Under the pieces are notes generated by a model. That model worked only from the letters and a program-made list of their open reading frames with translations, had not been told where the DNA came from and did no database searches. Source: Nitrospirota bacterium (GTDB taxonomy: Bacteria > Nitrospirota > Thermodesulfovibrionia > UBA6902). Taken from it: a stretch of DNA of 64,000 nucleotides. Made by a program: the position numbers and the translations under genes. This document shows positions 1 to 9,832 of the stretch, in pieces (positions within the stretch are counted from its first letter, which is position 1; every line of letters starts with the position of its first letter). The stretch is taken from the NCBI GenBank assembly GCA_003354025.1, contig PIVU01000002.1:8004-72003 (forward strand), read 5' to 3'.

Positions 1-1160
1 AACAATAATTTCCCTACAGTAGTCTCAATCCTCTCAAGTCCTTCATTAATAAGACCAAGATATTTTTGTCTGAACTCTTTGTCTTCACCCATTTCCTCCA
101 GCATCTTAACACAATTGAACATGCCGCCAAGCGGATTATTTATCTCATGTGCAACGCCTGACGCGAGAATGCCTATTGACGCGAGTTTTTGAGACTGGAG
201 AAGTTTTTCATGGGTCTTCTTTAATTCAATATTCGATTCCCTTATCCTGTCTATCATATTGTTAAAACTGCAGCAAAGAAGAGTAATCTCATCGCAACCT
301 TCCATATTTATTTTGACATCCAGGACATCTTCTCCTGTTTCTTCCATGGTTTTTGCAAACTGCCGGAGTTCATTATGGGTCTTTTGAAGCATGTAATTTG
401 ATTCCCGTATCCGTTCTATCATGCTGTTAAAGCTTTGACCAAGGAGGGCTATCTCATCACCACCTTTAATATCCACTTTTACGTCCAGGGTATCACTGGG
501 CGCCTCTTCCATTGTCTTTGCAAGATTTGTTATCGGCCTGATAAATCGTCTGTTCAGAAGAATGATAAAGCAAAAACCGATCACCATTAAAACAAGCGTT
601 ATTATAATTGTATTTAAAATAACAGCCTTTACTGCATGGTCAAGACCCTCAAGCGATATGGCAAACTTTAGTATTCCCCACCTTTTTTTCCCGATAGACA
701 GCGGTGTTGTAAAATCAAGGGCATCATACCCGCTGTCAATATCATGAAATTCTTGAACAACAGTAGAATCCGCGGTAAGAGCTCTGACAGTTAAAGGGTC
801 GTCATAAACCTCTCCGTACTCATTAAAGTCATTATGAGAAATCACCCTTCCGTCTACATCAAGAACAGCCAGATACAATAGATCAACATCTGTATTCTCA
901 TATATATCTCTAATATAATTATCAATCAATCCGCCTTCTTCAACAAGGCCGAGTTTTTCGTATATAAGATCATTCATTACCGGGATTGCAAGGGTTTCTG
1001 CAAGAATTTTTCCCTGACTCTTGACATCGAGGCGCATCATATTATGCTCCCTCCTGGTAATCATAATGCCCATGACAATCATAAACATAATCACTGTAGA
1101 GAAAGTGATAATAATGAATTTCTGTTGAAGTGACAGATTTTTTAAAATGCTTAGCTTCAT
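1..1160 (-). CDS. Sensor histidine kinase, N-terminal part (start codon at 1158-1160, C-terminus beyond window start). Has a TM segment, two tandem HAMP-like repeats and a HisKA H-box (ASGVAHEINNPL).
   Basis: Manual translation of the minus strand gives MKLSILKNL...HEINNPLGG. Two near-identical ~90-nt repeats encode HAMP-like segments. Not in the ORF track because it runs off the window edge. Confidence 0.75.
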   Translation of the reverse strand, partial: MKLSILKNLSLQQKFIIITFSTVIMFMIVMGIMITRREHNMMRLDVKSQGKILAETLAIPVMNDLIYEKLGLVEEGGLIDNYIRDIYENTDVDLLYLAVLDVDGRVISHNDFNEYGEVYDDPLTVRALTADSTVVQEFHDIDSGYDALDFTTPLSIGKKRWGILKFAISLEGLDHAVKAVILNTIIITLVLMVIGFCFIILLNRRFIRPITNLAKTMEEAPSDTLDVKVDIKGGDEIALLGQSFNSMIERIRESNYMLQKTHNELRQFAKTMEETGEDVLDVKINMEGCDEITLLCCSFNNMIDRIRESNIELKKTHEKLLQSQKLASIGILASGVAHEINNPLGGMFNCVKMLEEMGEDKEFRQKYLGLINEGLERIETTVGKLL

Positions 1161-2896
1161 AGTCTTAGTTTTGGATGACACCCGACGCCACAGGTTGTCG
1201 GCACGTCGTTAATCATTTTCCTGATGTCTTTATAGTCATCATCATTTGCTTCTATAAAGCCTCCCCTTAACTCAATATCAACTTTTTCCAGGATCTTCTT
1301 CCCTTTTTTTGATTTGTTCAAATTCAAAAGGGCTCCTTTAACTGCGTTGACAATCGTATATGGCGTTTTAGGTCCGACAACAATAGGACCTGTAGGTATC
1401 GGTCTTGATACTGATAGAATTTTCAGGCCAAGAGGCATATATTTCTCCGCTACAGACTCCCTCACTGCGCCGGCATCGTATATCCCCTTTAAAACCCATT
1501 TTACTACTGAGTCGTGATATCTAAAATTATGATAGCTTTTCAGTTCTTTCAGGTGTATACCGTTTTCTGCAAGTAACTGCCGCGGGATCAGGTTACCGGA
1601 AGTTGATTTATAGGAAGCAAATGCAATGTCTTTTCCCTTTAAATCCGACATATTATTTACCGGGCTATTCTCCTTAACAATAATAACGCTTCTATATTGC
1701 GGGACCCCTTTTTCAGTAATGCTCTTTAAAATTGAGACCGCTCCATGTTTTGCATGAGCATTCAGATAGGTCAGGGCGCCGAGAAAGGCTATATCAATAT
1801 CACCATTCCCCAAGGCATTAACAATTTCGTCATATCTTTTCTTTAAAAAAAGCTCAAATCTGTAAGGCGTATTTTCTGAAAGATAATCTATAAGCGGCTG
1901 ATATTTCTTATAAGCAATTCTTGGATTATCCCTCGGGACAACGCCGAAAAAAACTATGTCCTCTTCTTCTAAAGAATAGCTCTCTTCGGGTGCATTATAT
2001 TTTGATAAAAATGACTCCATTTCTCTTATAGAATCATAATTGTCATCAGACCCTATAACAAACTTATCTATTAACATGGCAGAAAGTATGCTCTTTCCCT
2101 CCGGGTCATTGTGCATATCTACTAATATCTCTTTAATCTTCGCCTTAACAAATGATGATACGACCGGTGTAGTTACCATCGGGGGGATCCCGAATTCAGG
2201 GGATGTCTCTATAACACGTATCTTCTCAAGATAGGGCGACTTATTCTTCTTCATATACTGGTAAATAAGATTTTCAATAGCTGCACCGTCAACCATTTTT
2301 TTGGCTACCAGTTCAACGGATTTATTGTGGCTGTAGCTATAGATATATTTTTTAAAAAATTCTTCGGGTGTTATTCCTTTCTTTGCAAGACGATAAACAG
2401 GATAGAGCCTGCCGGAATTGGATTTCGGATCAGTTAATGCAAAAGTTTTGCCCCTGAATTCATCAAAACTATTTATATCACTGTCTTTATGGACAATAAT
2501 AATAGACTTATAAAAGACACTTCCGTTTACCTGCGGAACTACAAGCAGTTCCGCACCGAATTTTTTCTTGTCCTCCACATACGGGGCGGAGCATATAAAA
2601 GCAGCATCCACTTCCCCTTTTTCAAGCATTTTGTCCATTTCATCATAGGTCTTCTTGAATACCATATCAACGGGCATTCCTAACCTGTTTGAAATATAAT
2701 CAATAAGTTCCTGGTAGTACCTGACCGTATCAACAGGTGTAATCATCGATACAACACCGATTCTGACAGATTGTTGATTGTTCTGGCTGAATGTCCTGTG
2801 CGGTAATAAATATAAACAGGAAAACACAAGGATTGCACATAAGATTAAAGTGGACTTTTTAGGACTGAAAAGCCTGTGGTAATAAAATAATTTCAA
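1157..2896 (-). CDS. Periplasmic tandem PhnD/SsuA-like (phosphonate/phosphate ABC-type) substrate-binding protein with N-terminal signal peptide
   Basis: 579 aa. Hydrophobic N-terminus. Two copies of the PhnD-like fold (TFALTDPKSNSGRLYP / FASYKSTSGNLIP). Its stop overlaps the kinase start (ATGA). Confidence 0.7.
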   Translation of the reverse strand: MKLFYYHRLFSPKKSTLILCAILVFSCLYLLPHRTFSQNNQQSVRIGVVSMITPVDTVRYYQELIDYISNRLGMPVDMVFKKTYDEMDKMLEKGEVDAAFICSAPYVEDKKKFGAELLVVPQVNGSVFYKSIIIVHKDSDINSFDEFRGKTFALTDPKSNSGRLYPVYRLAKKGITPEEFFKKYIYSYSHNKSVELVAKKMVDGAAIENLIYQYMKKNKSPYLEKIRVIETSPEFGIPPMVTTPVVSSFVKAKIKEILVDMHNDPEGKSILSAMLIDKFVIGSDDNYDSIREMESFLSKYNAPEESYSLEEEDIVFFGVVPRDNPRIAYKKYQPLIDYLSENTPYRFELFLKKRYDEIVNALGNGDIDIAFLGALTYLNAHAKHGAVSILKSITEKGVPQYRSVIIVKENSPVNNMSDLKGKDIAFASYKSTSGNLIPRQLLAENGIHLKELKSYHNFRYHDSVVKWVLKGIYDAGAVRESVAEKYMPLGLKILSVSRPIPTGPIVVGPKTPYTIVNAVKGALLNLNKSKKGKKILEKVDIELRGGFIEANDDDYKDIRKMINDVPTTCGVGCHPKLRL

Positions 2897-3128
2897 GACC
2901 TTACCCCTTTGCAGACCTTAGAGATTACTCAGTTTCTCATGTTCACGTGAAAGTTCAAATAACAAAGATAGTGTGAGAGTAATCAGAATGAAAACAGCAG
3001 ATCCGCCTGTTAAGCGAACCAAACATATCCATTTATATGATTATTAATATATCTTATTAATAAGAAAGTGTAAACCTGTTTATTAACCTCGAAAGGCTAT
3101 TCAGGAAACCAACCGGTCCGTAATTATT

Positions 3129-3506
3129 TTGCTGGACAGCGTTGTGCAAATATGTTATAACGATAGTATGCAAGTGAGATCAAAGATATGGCTGGCTGTT
3201 GACGGTGAGCCGGTTTTCGGAAGCGGCAGGGAAGCACTTTTTAAAGCTATAGACAGGCTCGGGTCAATTAACAAGGCTGCAAAAGACATTAATCTCTCAT
3301 ACAGAAAAGCTCTGAGTTATATTCAGACGATGGAGCAGAGACTCGGGGAACAACTTGTCGAAAGAAAAACCGGGGGACTCCACGGTGGCGGCGCTCACCT
3401 CACGAAGGAGGCCAAAGAGTTTATGAAGAAGTACGAACAGCTCGAAGAGGGCATCAATGAAATGCTTGATAAAAAATTCCAGGACGTTTTCGGAAAAGGA
3501 AACTAA
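3129..3506 (+). CDS. ModE N-terminal-domain-like winged-helix regulator (probable true start near 3168, MQVRSKIWL)
   Basis: Motif LSYRKALSYIQTMEQRLGEQLVERKTGG is typical of the ModE/LysR-like HTH. No TOBE domains. 125 aa. Confidence 0.55.
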   Translation: MLDSVVQICYNDSMQVRSKIWLAVDGEPVFGSGREALFKAIDRLGSINKAAKDINLSYRKALSYIQTMEQRLGEQLVERKTGGLHGGGAHLTKEAKEFMKKYEQLEEGINEMLDKKFQDVFGKGN

Positions 3507-3509
3507 TTT

Positions 3510-4268
3510 ATGGAACTGGCTATATCACCATACTGGCTGGCTGTAATGTTTTTTTTCGTGGCATTGCTCTATTCATCTGTGGGACTGGGCGGAGGTTCCT
3601 CTTATACAGCGTTAATGGCCATTTTTGGAGCAAGCACTCTGGTTATTCCTATGATTTCATTGTCACTTAACTTGTTTGTCAGTTCGATTGGGAGTTTCAA
3701 CTTTATTCGAAACAGGCATGCCAGAATAAAACTTATTTTACCTTTTTTAATATCTTCAATCCCTATGGCATATCTGGGAGGCTCGCTCAAGCTGCCTAAA
3801 GAAATCTTCTACTGGATACTTTTAACATCTCTGTTCTTTGTAGCACTCCGTATATATTTCTGGCAAAACACGACTATCAAACTGAATCTTAATCAAAATG
3901 GAAAGATTTTATTTTCATTAATTGCCGGTTCAATACTTGGTTTGATTGCCGGGATAGTCGGCATTGGCGGCGGCATTTACCTTGTCCCCTTAATAATCAT
4001 CATGGGTTTAGGCACTGCCAAAGAAGCGGCTGCCTGCGGGGCCATTTTTATCTGGCTCAATTCCTTCGCCGGACTGGCATCCCGTCTTCAGTACAATTCG
4101 ATCGATTTAACAGCTTATCTTCCTCTCATAATCGCCGCTATGGCAGGAGGTACGTTAGGTTCATTTATGGGGGCTTTAAAACTTTCACCAAAAACCATGG
4201 AAAGACTACTTGGAGCAACGGTAATAATTGCGATTGCATTCCTGACAAGAAAAGTCATTATTCTTTAA
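3510..4268 (+). CDS. TauE/SafE (DUF81) family anion exporter membrane protein
   Basis: 252 aa, polytopic. Repeated GxGGG motifs (GLGGGSSY, GIGGGIY) characteristic of TauE/SafE. Confidence 0.75.
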   Translation: MELAISPYWLAVMFFFVALLYSSVGLGGGSSYTALMAIFGASTLVIPMISLSLNLFVSSIGSFNFIRNRHARIKLILPFLISSIPMAYLGGSLKLPKEIFYWILLTSLFFVALRIYFWQNTTIKLNLNQNGKILFSLIAGSILGLIAGIVGIGGGIYLVPLIIIMGLGTAKEAAACGAIFIWLNSFAGLASRLQYNSIDLTAYLPLIIAAMAGGTLGSFMGALKLSPKTMERLLGATVIIAIAFLTRKVIIL

Positions 4269-4281
4269 TAAGGGAGATATC

Positions 4282-5361
4282 ATGTGCGACATCAATGAAC
4301 AGGATAATATAAAAAGCGGCATAGGAACAAAAATAGTGCCTGCACACGAAGCTGTAGGAACAATTCTGTCTCACGACATTACAGAGATCAGGCCCGGTGA
4401 GTTTAAAGGCCGGGCATTTAAAAAAGGTCACATCATTCAGCAGGAGGATGTGGCGCACCTGCAGAGACTGGGAAAAGAAAACCTGTATATTCTCGAAATC
4501 CAGGACGATGAGATGCATGAAAATGACGCGGCCTATGCAATTGCGAAGGCGCTCGCCGGGAGCGGAATTAAAATGGCAGGCGAGCCCAATGAAGGCAAGA
4601 TCAACCTGGTTGCTGAAAAAGACGGATTGCTGAAAGTTAACCGTGACGCGCTTCTGAATTTCAATATGGTTGGAGAAGTCATGTGCGCTTCAATTCATGA
4701 CAATAGTATTGTCAAAAAAGACAGGATTGTTGCCGGAACAAGAGCGATCCCGCTGGTCGTAAAAAAATCAATTGTGGAAGAGGCCGTAAAAATAGCGGAA
4801 GAAGCAAAGGGTGTACTAAGCATTAATGAAATAAGAAAGCCTAAAACCGGAGTAGTCATTACGGGCAATGAGGTATATAGCGGGAAAATCAAGGATGCCT
4901 TTGAACCGGTGATCAGAAAGAAAATCGAGTGTGTAGAAGGCGAAATCCTGAATGTTCATTTTGCTCCTGACAATGCTGAACAAATTGAAAACAGGATCAA
5001 GGAACTATTAGATAGCGGGGCTGATCTAATCATTACAACAGGTGGCATGTCCGTTGATCCAGATGACGTTACACGATTTGCAATCAGAAACCTTGGAGTA
5101 GAAGAAATGCATTATGGGTCTCCTGTGCTTCCCGGATCGATGTTTTTAGTGGCCTATATTAATAAGGACGGAATGAGTATCCCTATCCTCGGGATACCGG
5201 CATGCGGTATGTATGCAAGCATTACAGTATTTGACCTGATTTTACCTAGAGTCCTTGCCGGAGAAAGAATTGGCCGTCGTGAAATCGCTGAACTTGGGCA
5301 TGGAGGGCTTTGCCTTAAATGTGAAATATGCCGTTATCCGGTGTGCCCATTTGGAAAATGA
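4282..5361 (+). CDS. Molybdenum-cofactor-biosynthesis (MoCF_biosynth/MoeA-like) domain protein with C-terminal Cys cluster
   Basis: The IITTGGMSVDPDDVT motif resembles the MogA/MoeA molybdopterin-binding fold. C-terminus has CLKCEICRYPVCP. It sits between tauE and moaA. Confidence 0.5.
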   Translation: MCDINEQDNIKSGIGTKIVPAHEAVGTILSHDITEIRPGEFKGRAFKKGHIIQQEDVAHLQRLGKENLYILEIQDDEMHENDAAYAIAKALAGSGIKMAGEPNEGKINLVAEKDGLLKVNRDALLNFNMVGEVMCASIHDNSIVKKDRIVAGTRAIPLVVKKSIVEEAVKIAEEAKGVLSINEIRKPKTGVVITGNEVYSGKIKDAFEPVIRKKIECVEGEILNVHFAPDNAEQIENRIKELLDSGADLIITTGGMSVDPDDVTRFAIRNLGVEEMHYGSPVLPGSMFLVAYINKDGMSIPILGIPACGMYASITVFDLILPRVLAGERIGRREIAELGHGGLCLKCEICRYPVCPFGK

Positions 5362-5371
5362 CAAATTACGA

Positions 5372-6364
5372 ATGAAAAAACATACACAACAAATAAAAGA
5401 CTCATTTGACCGCCGTATAGACTATCTGCGGATTTCCATAACCGACAGGTGCAATCTCAAGTGCTTTTACTGCCGTCCTGATAAGAAAATTAAATATTAC
5501 GACAAAGGCGAAGTTCTGAAGGATGATGAGATTGTCAGGATTGTACGCATAGCCCATAAATACGGTGTCAGAAAAGTCCGGCTGACAGGCGGAGAACCAT
5601 TGATGAGAAAAAACATCCTCCGACTTATCTCTTCCCTTAAAGAAACAGGCATTCACGAATTAGGTCTCACAACAAACGGGATTAAACTCTCTGAGCACGC
5701 ACTGGACCTTAAAAGGGCCGGACTTGACCGTGTCAACATAAGTCTTGATACAATGGATGCCGAAAAATACAAACAGATAACAAACGGCGGGGACATTAGT
5801 CTTGTACTAAAATCAATAAAGGCATCAGAAAAAGCCGGCCTTACTCCTGTAAAAATCAATACCGTTCCCATTAGCGGCCTTAATGATAATGAAATAGAAT
5901 CATTCGCCTCCCTTACATTTAAACATAACTACCACATAAGGTTCATTGAGTTCATGCCGGCCACATGCGGCAATGTCTGGGAAAAGAGTAAATGCGTGAA
6001 ATCATCGGAGGTCCTAAAGATAATATCTAAGCTCGGAGACCTCGAACAAATGAAGTTCAGAGGCAAGGGGCCTTCAAGAAACTACAGGCTTAAAGGAGCT
6101 GCAGGTGTTGTCGGCATCATAAGCCCGATCAGCGACCATTTCTGCGATCATTGCAACAGGCTCAGACTTACAGCTGTCGGCAAAATAAGACCCTGCCTGT
6201 TCTCTAAAGAGGAAGTAGACCTCAAAACTCCTATGAGAAGAGGAGCGTCCGACGCTGATATAGAGAGTCTCTTCTGCCACGCTATACAGATCAAGCCAAA
6301 GGGGCATGACATCAATAAAGGTCTTGTTGATCAAATTGATACTATGTCAAAAATTGGCGGATAA
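5372..6364 (+). CDS. moaA: GTP 3',8-cyclase MoaA (radical SAM)
   Basis: Radical SAM motif CNLKCFYC near the N-terminus. C-terminal Cys cluster for the second Fe-S. The ORF-track start 5255 overlaps the upstream gene; the ATG at 5372 is more likely. Confidence 0.85.
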   Translation: MKKHTQQIKDSFDRRIDYLRISITDRCNLKCFYCRPDKKIKYYDKGEVLKDDEIVRIVRIAHKYGVRKVRLTGGEPLMRKNILRLISSLKETGIHELGLTTNGIKLSEHALDLKRAGLDRVNISLDTMDAEKYKQITNGGDISLVLKSIKASEKAGLTPVKINTVPISGLNDNEIESFASLTFKHNYHIRFIEFMPATCGNVWEKSKCVKSSEVLKIISKLGDLEQMKFRGKGPSRNYRLKGAAGVVGIISPISDHFCDHCNRLRLTAVGKIRPCLFSKEEVDLKTPMRRGASDADIESLFCHAIQIKPKGHDINKGLVDQIDTMSKIGG

Positions 6365-6490
6365 TTATCATCCAATCACCATTTATCAAATTCTAATATA
6401 TAATCAGAGATTCTAAGCTTAATATAAGTTTTCTTTATAATGATGTTTTTTAGTTACAAAAATAATTATTTTTTGATAAAATCATGACTT

Positions 6491-7129
6491 ATGAGAAATA
6501 ACACACTAAGCAAATTCATTATATCAGTTACGTTCCTGTCCTTACTCTCTTCAGGAGTTTACGCACAGAAACCCACAGCAAAAACTTTTCTTGAGATCGG
6601 CATGACAAACAGTGAAAACGCCGAATACTCAGAAGCAATTGATGAATTCAAACACGCAATTAAACTAAAGCCGAATTATTCCGAAGCATACTATCAATTG
6701 GGCCTGGCATATTTCAATCTCCATAGATATGATGAAGCACTTGAATCATACAAAAAGGCCGTTAAACTTAATTCCAAACACGCTGATGCACATTTTGCCC
6801 TCGGTATAATTACTTCTATGCTGAGTGAGTATGATGCATCCATCAAGGCATTCAAAAAAGTCATTAAGCTCAAACCCAAACATACTAACGCTCATTACTC
6901 TCTAGCCAATGTTTATTATGAAATGGAAAATTATGCCGATGCCTCAGATGCTTATGAAATGGCGATAAAGAACAGACCTAAATATGCAGAAGCACGTTAC
7001 CAGCTCGGACTCTGCTACATGCAGCTGAGCAGACAATTCATGGCCTCGGCTTCAAAAGAACACTCCTCACTCAAAAAGCTGGACAAAGACCTTGCAAAAG
7101 ATCTGATGAAGAAGATTAAAGGCCGGTAG
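6491..7129 (+). CDS. Secreted TPR-repeat protein (signal peptide, 5-6 TPR units)
   Basis: N-terminal signal MRNNTLSKFIISVTFLSLLSSGVYAQ. Repeated AxxYxxLGxxY TPR pattern. Confidence 0.6.
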   Translation: MRNNTLSKFIISVTFLSLLSSGVYAQKPTAKTFLEIGMTNSENAEYSEAIDEFKHAIKLKPNYSEAYYQLGLAYFNLHRYDEALESYKKAVKLNSKHADAHFALGIITSMLSEYDASIKAFKKVIKLKPKHTNAHYSLANVYYEMENYADASDAYEMAIKNRPKYAEARYQLGLCYMQLSRQFMASASKEHSSLKKLDKDLAKDLMKKIKGR

Positions 7130-7147
7130 AGTTTTTGATGCAAGCAG

Positions 7148-9607
7148 TCAAATATCAATAAATAGCAGCCCCAGGTTACGGACCTCATCACGCCACTTTA
7201 CAACTTTTCTTAAACGCCTGTCTTCTGCTGTCTTCACCAGGAACATCCCATCTTTAATGGTAACTGTCACTGCACCATGCATATCAGTTCTGAACAGCGG
7301 AACTCCCCCAACTGAGTATCTATCAACAATTACATCATGAGGATGACCAAAAGCATTATTCCTGCCGGCGCTTACTACGGCTAACCGAGGGCTGACAGAA
7401 TTAATAAAATCCCTGGTGCTGGACGTCCTGCTGCCATGATGCGGCACTTTAAGTATATCGCTGTTCAGCCAGCTTCCCAGGCTAAAGAGATTATATTCTG
7501 CCTCTTCTTCAATATCTCCGGTAAAAAGGATAGACCCGTTTTCAGAATCAATCTTTAATACCAGAGAATCATTGTTCTCATCAGAGTGAACTCCTCGTGT
7601 TGAAGCAGAATAGAATTCATTATATGGATGCAAAACTGTTATTTTATAATCTTGAGTCTCTAACACATGCCCCCTGACAAGGCTTCTCATTTTTACTTTT
7701 TTTCTCATTATCAATTCTTTTAAATGAGCGGCATCTGCAAGAATTCTCCCGTTCAGCCATATCTCTCCGGCATCAAAATGATTAAAAATGTATATAAGAC
7801 CTCCATAGTGGTCCGGATGGAGATGACTTACAACAACATAATCAATCCTTCTAACCCCTCTTGCCCATAAATAGTGAGCAATCACCCTTCTGCCCATATC
7901 AGGGTTACCTGTACTGCCATCTATAAGCATGACTTTTCCATCCGGCAGATCAACAACAGCAGCGTCTCCCTGCCCGACATCAAGGAATGTGACACTGAAT
8001 TTATTCCGCTGCATATACGGACTGGCAACATAAAAAAATAACACAATGACAAATAACGCTAATCCCCATCTGGATTTACCCGAACTCCGGACTATCAACA
8101 TGAGTGACATGTAATAAATAATGACCTCAATAAGTGACGGTGCAGGAACATGTATACTCGAGTAAGGAATCCCGGCGAGATGCTTAATGAGCCAGAGAGC
8201 AAGACCTGATATCAGATCGGTCAATCCGCTCAACGGCATTACGGGCATATCAACTATAATGGCAAAAAATCCTGTAAAGAACCCGAGTGGGAGCACCACA
8301 AAGCAAACTAGCGGGGTCACAATGAGATTTGTTAAAGGTGATATCAATGGGAAATGCTTAAACAAGACAGCAACTATCGGGGCCGTTCCAAGGACGGCAG
8401 CAACAGTCAGCAGAGGGGCGGTTTTCATCTTTTCAATAAACGCCTCCCCCCTGCTCACCTCTCTATCCATAGGTAGTGTCATGGAACTCAAAATGTCATT
8501 CTCCCGGTTTGCAAGAATCTTCTCCAGGACATATCCAATAGAAAGGACTGCCAGGAAAGACAGTATGAATGAAATATCGAAAAGCGTGTCCGGGTCCCAA
8601 AGCAGTATTATCACTGCCGCTATCGAAAGCGAGTTCAGCCACTGCCCTTTCCTTCCAAGAAAAATGGCACACATATAGACGAACACCATTATAAATGAAC
8701 GTACCGCCGGTATACTCGTCCCGGAAATGAACAGATACAGGAGTATTACAGGGATTGTTGCAAGAACAGCCAATTGCGACGGGGTAATAAAAAGAGTCAT
8801 TCGCCTAAATACCCGCAGGGGGATATGCTTCAATACAGTCTTAACAGCCTGAAATATGATGAACGCAAGAAGACCGAAGTGTGTCCCCGATATACTCAGA
8901 AGGTGTGCCAGGCCCGCATTATTGAATGAGTCTCTCGTCTCCAGACTTATATCACCCTTAAACCCGGTAATAATCGCCTTGTGAAGAGATGCGCTGTCCC
9001 TGGAAAGACTGTTATCAATAATCTCGGCAAGTCTCTGGCGCTTCAGATTAATGCGGTTCATCACACCGGAGCCCGTGCTCAATAACCACATCTTTTTCAC
9101 ATACCCCGTAGCAACTATACCCTGGCGTTTGAGGTTGTAGACGAATACCCCAGGATTTCTCAGAGAGCCCGGTTCTTTCAACCTGGCAAGGGCTGCTATT
9201 TTTGCATCGGGAGGGTAATCGTATCCATTAATATCATTAGCGAACTTGTCCTTATAAATATTAAGTCTTACTCTGCCAATAATTTTTATCCCTTCAATTG
9301 AAACCTCATCAACATCAAAACGTATTCGCTCTGCCGTTACTTCAGGAACGCCGACGATTATACCCTCAACAATTACATCATGCAGGGGCAATGCGGGAGC
9401 CGGCATATCAACATGTCTTGTTGAAGCATGGAAAATCGAAAAGGCAAATGCCGCCGCCATAATGAATACTATCTTCTTATTGGTCCGATATCGACTAAAC
9501 AGGAGTAATAACACGGCAAGAAAGAGCACTGTAATCGTGACCGGAAAGAAGGTGTAGAAATTAAACGCAGCAATTCCTGCTATGAATGATACGGCAAATT
9601 TAGTCAT
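7148..9607 (-). CDS. comEC: DNA internalization competence protein ComEC/Rec2 (DUF4131 + competence + MBL domains)
   Basis: 819 aa, polytopic. C-terminal metallo-beta-lactamase motif VVVSHLHPDHYGG. Domain order is typical of ComEC. Confidence 0.85.
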   Translation of the reverse strand: MTKFAVSFIAGIAAFNFYTFFPVTITVLFLAVLLLLFSRYRTNKKIVFIMAAAFAFSIFHASTRHVDMPAPALPLHDVIVEGIIVGVPEVTAERIRFDVDEVSIEGIKIIGRVRLNIYKDKFANDINGYDYPPDAKIAALARLKEPGSLRNPGVFVYNLKRQGIVATGYVKKMWLLSTGSGVMNRINLKRQRLAEIIDNSLSRDSASLHKAIITGFKGDISLETRDSFNNAGLAHLLSISGTHFGLLAFIIFQAVKTVLKHIPLRVFRRMTLFITPSQLAVLATIPVILLYLFISGTSIPAVRSFIMVFVYMCAIFLGRKGQWLNSLSIAAVIILLWDPDTLFDISFILSFLAVLSIGYVLEKILANRENDILSSMTLPMDREVSRGEAFIEKMKTAPLLTVAAVLGTAPIVAVLFKHFPLISPLTNLIVTPLVCFVVLPLGFFTGFFAIIVDMPVMPLSGLTDLISGLALWLIKHLAGIPYSSIHVPAPSLIEVIIYYMSLMLIVRSSGKSRWGLALFVIVLFFYVASPYMQRNKFSVTFLDVGQGDAAVVDLPDGKVMLIDGSTGNPDMGRRVIAHYLWARGVRRIDYVVVSHLHPDHYGGLIYIFNHFDAGEIWLNGRILADAAHLKELIMRKKVKMRSLVRGHVLETQDYKITVLHPYNEFYSASTRGVHSDENNDSLVLKIDSENGSILFTGDIEEEAEYNLFSLGSWLNSDILKVPHHGSRTSSTRDFINSVSPRLAVVSAGRNNAFGHPHDVIVDRYSVGGVPLFRTDMHGAVTVTIKDGMFLVKTAEDRRLRKVVKWRDEVRNLGLLFIDI

Positions 9608-9832
9608 GTCCCCTAATTTTTCAGTATAACTATTTTATACCAAACCCAATCCCCAAGGTTTAGCATATTAGTTTCGGCTATTTTAATGGATTATTGAAGG
9701 AAAGTAAAAAAGAATAAAACAGGAAGGAACGTAAAGCCTATACAACAGATGTAAAGGTTTTTCGTTAATACAGCAATATTACTTTCTCCCGACTATGACA
9801 ACACCATCGTGAATACAACTGCCGTTCTCAGG

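Noticed and set aside
562-747. 61-aa plus-strand ORF
   Set aside because: Lies entirely inside the minus-strand histidine kinase gene (TM/HAMP region). Spurious.
2897-3128. Possible Moco riboswitch upstream of the modE-like/moaA cluster
   Set aside because: No recognisable conserved Moco-RNA core could be seen by eye. The cluster instead starts with a protein regulator. Would need an Rfam scan.
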